A DNA stretch of 64,000 nt, taken from Bdellovibrio sp. GTDB lineage: Bacteria; Bdellovibrionota; Bdellovibrionia; Bdellovibrionales; Bdellovibrionaceae. Below the pieces are notes generated by a model, which was not told the origin of the DNA, searched no databases, and worked only from the letters and a program-made list of their open reading frames with translations. The position numbers and the translations under genes are program-made. Positions 58,170 through 64,000 of the stretch are shown one piece after another (positions within the stretch are counted from its first letter, which is position 1; each line of letters begins with the position of its first letter). The DNA lies in NCBI GenBank assembly GCA_036676395.1, contig JAKFCY010000002.1, positions 1,472,001 to 1,536,000 of the forward strand, in the 5' to 3' direction.

Positions 58170-59108
58170 TTAATTTCTTTTGATAAAATCAATAACCGCC
58201 ATATGAACCTGATCAGCGACTTGGCTTACTGATTCGGCCATAAGTTGGTGGGGCACATGGCCTGGACGATAATAAGTTCTTAGTTCTAAATCAGAAAAGT
58301 TTTTTTTCAGCACCTTGATCTGGCTATGGGGATCTGAAACCCAGTCTTCCATAGATATAATTGCGTTTACAGGAACTTCAATCTGTTTTGCCAATTTTCG
58401 ATCTCTGTTTACTTTACCTAAATCAATAACTTCAAACATTGATAAAATCGGTGCCGTTTGTAGATAAGTATCAGGCGTGTCTACAATAACTCGCGCATCC
58501 GCTACCGGAACATGCTCTAAAACCCAACCCAATTCGATTTCGCGAACTCCAGAAGTTTTGGCTGCTTGTAGAGCGATATTAAATTCAGGATGGTTCTGAA
58601 AAAAAGCTGAAATTAAAGTGACTGACGCAATTTTTTTATCTTCTGGATGAGTCGTTATATAATCATGAATGATCGTGGCACCTGTCGAAAACCCAACTAA
58701 ATGAATTTTTGAAAAACATTTTTCTGCGCGTTTGATTTCACGAACATTCCAGCGAAGCCAGTGATCTTTATTGTAAAAATTTGCAACTTTTGCGGTCGCA
58801 CCATAACCCGGAATCAATCCTGAATACACCGAATAGCCTGCACGATTCAGCATATCTGCCACTGATTTTAATTCGTTCGGGTTACCCAAAAAACCATGAA
58901 TCAGAAAAACTAATTCATTTTTTTTACCTTTAGTGGCATAGCCTTTGGCTTTGTCAGTTAGATTTGAAAATTTCAGATCTAACAATCGATACTGCAGTTC
59001 ACGTGACTCCATCAGCGATTCTGTGCGCTCTTCGAAGGTTTCCCAACAAGAATCGGCATGAGCAGTTACAGTTAAAAATACCGTGATAAATAAGATAAAG
59101 TTTTTCAT
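58170..59108 (-). CDS. Secreted alpha/beta hydrolase (carboxylesterase/lipase-like)
   Basis: Signal peptide, LIHGF, GFSTG nucleophile elbow, D and H. Confidence 0.85.
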   Translation of the reverse strand: MKNFILFITVFLTVTAHADSCWETFEERTESLMESRELQYRLLDLKFSNLTDKAKGYATKGKKNELVFLIHGFLGNPNELKSVADMLNRAGYSVYSGLIPGYGATAKVANFYNKDHWLRWNVREIKRAEKCFSKIHLVGFSTGATIIHDYITTHPEDKKIASVTLISAFFQNHPEFNIALQAAKTSGVREIELGWVLEHVPVADARVIVDTPDTYLQTAPILSMFEVIDLGKVNRDRKLAKQIEVPVNAIISMEDWVSDPHSQIKVLKKNFSDLELRTYYRPGHVPHQLMAESVSQVADQVHMAVIDFIKRN

Positions 59109-59186
59109 TCAAGTTTTATGTTACCCACATAATCATGTCTTTTTCAAACTCGACATTGTGTGGTCTTGGTGTTAATCTAGCTGCCT

Positions 59187-59906
59187 ATGATTAAGGCTAA
59201 AACCAATGTCCAACTACTTCAAGCCCGACCTTTTACATTATCTCTAAGTTCTGGATTTTTCGGCTTTTTTGCTCATGCCGGGTTTATTCAGGCCTTAGAA
59301 GAAAAAAGTTTAAAACCAAAACTCCTTGTTGGAAGTAGCGCCGGAGCCCTAGCAGCTGCCTGTTATGCGAGCGGCTTTACCGCAAAAGATATGGCCAAAG
59401 AATTTACTCGTATTAAAAAATCTGATTTCTGGGATGTAGGTTTTGGTTTTGGCATAGTTCGCGGCGAAAAGCTTGAAAAACTATGTGCTCAGTTTATGGC
59501 CTCTGACTTCTCTGAAGTTACAACACCGCTGCAAATATCAGCTTTTGATGTCTTTGCTTTAAAAACTAAAACGCTTATGACTGGTTCTGTAGCTAAAGCC
59601 GTACGTGCATCGTGCGCTGTGCCTGGCTTATTTCATCCCGTGTGTATTGATAAGCGCACCTATCTTGATGGTGGCGTCGCTGACAAAATGGGCTTATCTG
59701 GCGTATCTCGTGAAGACTTTGTCTTATGCCACAGCTTGGGCAGCACGAATGGCTTTGAATCTGCGCGTGTGAACCGAAAACATTATAAAAATTTAATGCA
59801 ATTCGAATTAATGAATATTCCCCGCTCTGGCCCAGATCATCTGCATGTTGGCCCAGAAATTATCGCTGAAGCTTACAAGCAAACTAAAACCTGGCTTGAG
59901 TCTTAG
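59187..59906 (+). CDS. Patatin-like phospholipase
   Basis: LSSGFFG..AH.G, GSSAG, ASCAVPG, DGG. Confidence 0.9.
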   Translation: MIKAKTNVQLLQARPFTLSLSSGFFGFFAHAGFIQALEEKSLKPKLLVGSSAGALAAACYASGFTAKDMAKEFTRIKKSDFWDVGFGFGIVRGEKLEKLCAQFMASDFSEVTTPLQISAFDVFALKTKTLMTGSVAKAVRASCAVPGLFHPVCIDKRTYLDGGVADKMGLSGVSREDFVLCHSLGSTNGFESARVNRKHYKNLMQFELMNIPRSGPDHLHVGPEIIAEAYKQTKTWLES

Positions 59907-59971
59907 GCTTAGCGTTCTTGTTAACGTAATAATAATTTGACTCCGCAATAGCGTGCGACTTCAATTGGGGC

Positions 59972-61042
59972 ATGAAAAAAATATTTTCGTGTCTTGTTTT
60001 TAGCTTATCGCTACCAGCACTTCTTAATGCTAAACCCTTAGTGTTGGGTCATCGCGGAGCTTGTGGTTACCGCCCTGAGCACACTCTGGCTTCATATCAA
60101 TTAGCCATTGATATGGGAGCTGACTACATCGAACCAGATCTCGTAAGTACAAAAGATGGAGTCTTAATTGCCCGTCATGAAAATGAAATTTCTGAGACCA
60201 CTGATGTGTCTGTGAAATTTCCAGATCGTAAAACCACAAAAACTATTGATGGTAAAGCCATCACCGGTTGGTTTACTGAAGACTTCACTTTAAAAGAAAT
60301 TAAAACATTGCGTGCAAAAGAGCGTTTGGTATTTCGCGATCATTCATTTGATGGCCAATTTGAAATTCCAACCTTTAAAGAAGTAATTGAACTTGCTAAA
60401 AGCCAAGGTAAAAAACTTAAAAAAACTATCGGTCTATACCCAGAAACAAAACACCCGACGTATTTTCAAAGTATTAAACTTTCTCTAGAAGAGCCTTTAG
60501 CTAAAGAATTAAAAGCGGCTGGATTAAATAAAAAATCATCGGCTGTATTTATTCAGTCTTTTGAATTAGGCAATCTTAAAAAACTAAAAGATTTAACGAA
60601 AAATAAGTTGGTCTTTTTAATCGACGATCCAGAAGTCGTGCCTGCGGATTTTCAAGCGAGCGGCGATAAACGCACTTATCTTCAGTTAATGACGCCAGAA
60701 GGTTTAAAAGAAATTAAAAAAACAGCTGATGGCATTGGCCCCTACAAACGTTACATTTTACCGACAAAAATAGTGACCGGTAAAAATGGTGAAAAAACTG
60801 AAGAAAAACTTTCACCAACACCCCTTATTAAAATGGCTCACGCTGTGGGGTTATTAGTGCATCCCTACACCTTCAGAAGCGAAGAAAAATATTTACTAAA
60901 AGAGTACAACAATGACCCGCAAGCAGAATATTTAGAATTTTTTGCTCTAGGTGTTGATGGCTTGTTTTCAGACTTTGCTGATCAAGCCGTACGTGCCCGC
61001 GAAACTTATTTAAAATCTTTAACAAAAAAAGAAACGAGATAA
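59972..61042 (+). CDS. glpQ: Periplasmic glycerophosphodiester phosphodiesterase
   Basis: GHRGA.GY.PEHTL, IEPDLV.TKDG, HE, ETKHP, QSFE, HPYTFR. Confidence 0.93.
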   Translation: MKKIFSCLVFSLSLPALLNAKPLVLGHRGACGYRPEHTLASYQLAIDMGADYIEPDLVSTKDGVLIARHENEISETTDVSVKFPDRKTTKTIDGKAITGWFTEDFTLKEIKTLRAKERLVFRDHSFDGQFEIPTFKEVIELAKSQGKKLKKTIGLYPETKHPTYFQSIKLSLEEPLAKELKAAGLNKKSSAVFIQSFELGNLKKLKDLTKNKLVFLIDDPEVVPADFQASGDKRTYLQLMTPEGLKEIKKTADGIGPYKRYILPTKIVTGKNGEKTEEKLSPTPLIKMAHAVGLLVHPYTFRSEEKYLLKEYNNDPQAEYLEFFALGVDGLFSDFADQAVRARETYLKSLTKKETR

Positions 61043-61044
61043 TT

Positions 61045-62037
61045 ATGAAAAGAATTATGTTACTAGCTGTAATGGCATTACTTCCTTTTTCTTGCACAAA
61101 AAAAGAAGAAAAAACAAAAGTGTGGATTTACACTTCGCTTTACAAAGACACAATTGCAGATATCCAACCAAAGTTAGCCGCAGCTTTTCCAGATGTGGAT
61201 GTGCAATTTTATCAAGCGGGTTCAGAAGAAGTAGCCGCTAAAGTTCAGGCTGAAAACTTAGCCGGAAAAATCCAGGCCGATATTTTAATTTCTTCTGATC
61301 GTTTTTGGTATGAAGATATGGCAAGTCAGCAAAAACTGGTGGCTTACAAACCAGCTCATTCAGACAAAGTTCAGGATTTTTTCAAACACCCTGAAAACTT
61401 TTATACGACTTTAAGCTTTCCGGTCATGGTCATTGCGTACAATTCTGAAGCCGTCAGTGAAAAAGAGGCTCCAAAAACTTTCAAAGAACTGGCTGATGCA
61501 AAATGGAAAGACAAAGTTTCTACAGGCAGCCCATTAGCTTCTGGCACAAACTTTACCACAGTGGCTTTCTTAGCAAAAAAATATGGCTGGGATTACTTTA
61601 CGCAATTACGTAAAAATAACGTGATTTCTGAAGGTGGAAACTCAGGTGTTGTGCGCAGATTACAAAGCAAAGAACGCCCGGTAGGAGTAGTACTTTTAGA
61701 GAACATTTTACGACTAACTACAACTGATGCCCGTATTAAATTTATCATTCCAACTGATGGCGCAGTTATTCAATCTAACGTATTAGCCTTAGTCAAAAAA
61801 GATGGCGATCAAGAAAAAGCTAAAAAAATTGCTGACTGGATGTTTGGACCTGAAGGCCAAGCGGCGATGGCAAGATCATTCATGTACCCATCGGTTGCAG
61901 GAAATGCAGCACCTGCAGGAGCTCCAGAGTTTACTAAGCTCATGGAAACAGCTCTTCCATGGACACGCGAATTTATCACTGAGACAATGAAAACTCGCGA
62001 AGAAATCAAAGATAAATTCGCAAAAATTATTTTCTAA
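61045..62037 (+). CDS. ABC transporter substrate-binding lipoprotein (AfuA/FbpA-like family)
   Basis: FS-C lipobox, IYTS, GS.E, IAYN, P..SGT. Confidence 0.85.
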   Translation: MKRIMLLAVMALLPFSCTKKEEKTKVWIYTSLYKDTIADIQPKLAAAFPDVDVQFYQAGSEEVAAKVQAENLAGKIQADILISSDRFWYEDMASQQKLVAYKPAHSDKVQDFFKHPENFYTTLSFPVMVIAYNSEAVSEKEAPKTFKELADAKWKDKVSTGSPLASGTNFTTVAFLAKKYGWDYFTQLRKNNVISEGGNSGVVRRLQSKERPVGVVLLENILRLTTTDARIKFIIPTDGAVIQSNVLALVKKDGDQEKAKKIADWMFGPEGQAAMARSFMYPSVAGNAAPAGAPEFTKLMETALPWTREFITETMKTREEIKDKFAKIIF

Positions 62038-62039
62038 TT

Positions 62040-63668
62040 GTGCTAAAAAAATTAGTTTACGGCTTATGTTTAGTTTTGCTTGCGGCGCTTTTCTTAAGCC
62101 CGCAGGTCTACTTATATCTAATTCCTAAACTTTCTGATTTTACGGCAGTTATCGTTAATGAAAACACCATCAAAGCGATTAAAAATACGTTCATTGTTTC
62201 ATTAACCGTAGCTATCTTGTGTTTAGCGATAGGTTTACCGCTGGCGTGGTTATTAACTCGGACGAACTTACCGTTTAAAAATTTCTTTCGATCAGGATTT
62301 TGTCTACCCTATGCAATTCCGCCCTTTGTTGGCGCGATTGGCTGGATCATTTTAGCAAATCCAACCAGTGGCGTTCTAAACCAATGGCTTGGATTAAACT
62401 TAAATATTTATTCTTATGCGGGTCTTATTTGGGTTGAAACCAGTTTTCTGTTCACTTTTGTGCTCCTCACCGCTTTAACTGTTTTAGATCAGATGGATTC
62501 ATCATTAGAAGAAGCCGCAAGATTATCGGGTGCCAATGGCTTACGCGTATTTATTGATATCGCTTTACCACTGCTTCGTCCGGCGATCTTAAGTGGTTTT
62601 TTACTCTCATTTCTGGCAACGGCTGCAAGCTTTGGCGTGCCAGCGTTGATTGGCGGCCCTGCAAGAATTTATTTAATGACGACCCAGATTTATACTTACC
62701 AGCGCATGGGCACAGCGAATGGCTTACAAATGAGTATCGCTGTATCGGTCATTCTAGGTATCGCGACACTGATTTTACTTTACGGCACGCAGTTATTTTT
62801 TAGTGGCAACAAGAACTATACTGTCGGAGGTAAAACATCTAGACCTTCACTTGTTCCGCTGAATATCTGGAAGCTACCGCTAACGGTATTTTTGTCGATT
62901 TTATTTTTTATCATTTTTATTTTACCGCTATCTGGTGTTTTATTATCAGCCCTGAGTGCTGTTCAAGGCTCATGGAGTTTATCCGGCCTAACCTTAAATA
63001 ATTTTAACCGTGTGTTATTTGAAACCGAAGAAACGGCTCGCGCCATCAGGCAGTCTTTATTTTTAGGTTTCACCAGTGCTTTAATTTGCACGGCCTTTGC
63101 TTTTATTTTTAATTATTTTATCTATAGAACATCATGGTTCGGCAGAACTTTTGCGAGCGTGATCGCTAGTATGCCGTTCTCTACGCCGGGCACAGTCTTA
63201 GCTTTGGCGTTTATCCTATCATTTAGCCAAGGTTTTTTTGGTGTTGGGCCTTCATTGTACAACACGCTATTTCTAATTTTACTTGCCTATATTGTTAAAT
63301 ATATGAGTTTAAGCCTTAAAACTGTTGGCGATGGCTATCAACAAATCCACCCCTCATTAGAAGAAGCCGCGCGCATTTCTGGTGCTCATTGGTGGACCAT
63401 CATGCGCACGATCTATTTACCCCTTTTAAAAACTGCTCTTATCGCATCAATGTTTTTAGTATTTATGCCCGTTTTAAGTGAACTGACGATGACTATACTA
63501 CTAACAGGGCCGGGCTTAGAGACCATCGGTACGCTTATTTTTTCGCTGCAAGAGTATTCTGATATGGGCGGCGGTGGTGCTTCGGTCTTATCAATTATCG
63601 TTGTAGTTTTTATTTTAATATTAAATTTTAGTTTAAAGTTTCTATCAAAGGGTCGGTACGGGCTATGA
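62040..63668 (+). CDS. ABC transporter permease (FbpB/AfuB-type, double domain)
   Basis: Two EAA motifs ([20 protein letters not shown]). Confidence 0.92.
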   Translation: MLKKLVYGLCLVLLAALFLSPQVYLYLIPKLSDFTAVIVNENTIKAIKNTFIVSLTVAILCLAIGLPLAWLLTRTNLPFKNFFRSGFCLPYAIPPFVGAIGWIILANPTSGVLNQWLGLNLNIYSYAGLIWVETSFLFTFVLLTALTVLDQMDSSLEEAARLSGANGLRVFIDIALPLLRPAILSGFLLSFLATAASFGVPALIGGPARIYLMTTQIYTYQRMGTANGLQMSIAVSVILGIATLILLYGTQLFFSGNKNYTVGGKTSRPSLVPLNIWKLPLTVFLSILFFIIFILPLSGVLLSALSAVQGSWSLSGLTLNNFNRVLFETEETARAIRQSLFLGFTSALICTAFAFIFNYFIYRTSWFGRTFASVIASMPFSTPGTVLALAFILSFSQGFFGVGPSLYNTLFLILLAYIVKYMSLSLKTVGDGYQQIHPSLEEAARISGAHWWTIMRTIYLPLLKTALIASMFLVFMPVLSELTMTILLTGPGLETIGTLIFSLQEYSDMGGGGASVLSIIVVVFILILNFSLKFLSKGRYGL

Positions 63669-64000
63669 GTAAAGTGGTTTTTGAAAATGTCGGTAAAAAG
63701 TATTTAGCTAACTGGGCTGTAAAAGATATTAATCTAACTATTGAAAATGGCGAATTTGTTAGCTTTCTTGGGCCTTCTGGCTGCGGCAAAACCACGACCT
63801 TAAGAATGATCGCCGGCTTAGAAGAAAACTCTCACGGAAAAATTTTATTTGATACCGATATTGTGTCTGATCCCGCCAACAAAAGTTTTATGTTACCCGA
63901 AAAACGTAATGTCGGAATGGTTTTTCAATCTTATGCCGTATGGCCTCATATGAATGTTTTTGAAAATGTGGCCTATCCCTTAAAACTTAAAAAATTAAGT
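63665..64000 (+). CDS. ABC transporter ATP-binding protein (partial, runs off the window)
   Basis: ATG 63665; [19 protein letters not shown]alker [14 protein letters not shown]. Confidence 0.93.
   Translation, partial: MSKVVFENVGKKYLANWAVKDINLTIENGEFVSFLGPSGCGKTTTLRMIAGLEENSHGKILFDTDIVSDPANKSFMLPEKRNVGMVFQSYAVWPHMNVFENVAYPLKLKKLS

Noticed and set aside
932..62009. Short ORFs in the track overlapping real genes (e.g. 2172-2354, 9107-9373, 13839-14192, 26446-26796, 44111-44515, 50296-50727)
   Set aside because: Antisense or alternate-frame shadows of well-supported genes, with no recognisable motifs or RBS
1..64000. CRISPR array, rRNA, IS transposase or prophage structural genes
   Set aside because: None recognised by eye

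Overview
AT-rich bacterial chromosomal window with gene content typical of a predatory Bdellovibrionota (Bdellovibrio/Pseudobdellovibrio-like); the taxon is inferred from gene families. It very likely spans the replication terminus: a dif-like 28-bp site lies at 28527-28554. Core genes: nrdAB, the yceD-rpmF-fabHDG-acpP-fabF-rpiB-glyA cluster, ldh, YfgM/BamB-like genes, ttcA, arfB, msrA, tRNA-Val(GAC) and a glpQ-ABC transporter operon. The accessory zone around dif holds the most interesting material. (i) A Phc-type quorum-sensing-like module, in which a PhcB-like methyltransferase is paired with a PhcS-like membrane sensor fused to a class III nucleotide cyclase instead of a kinase, followed by an M14 hydrolase. 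(ii) A co-oriented pair of signal-peptide-bearing putative effectors: an ADP-ribosyltransferase-fold protein and a Fic AMPylase. (iii) A tyrosine recombinase/HTH/excisionase module with a second dif-like site. (iv) Tandem Cys-rich paralogues with an internal signal-peptide-like motif. A recurring promoter architecture (GTCTCA-N3-TGAGAC-like palindrome next to a sigma54-like -24/-12 element) precedes several secreted-protein genes. All calls come from motif reading by eye; no database searches were run.
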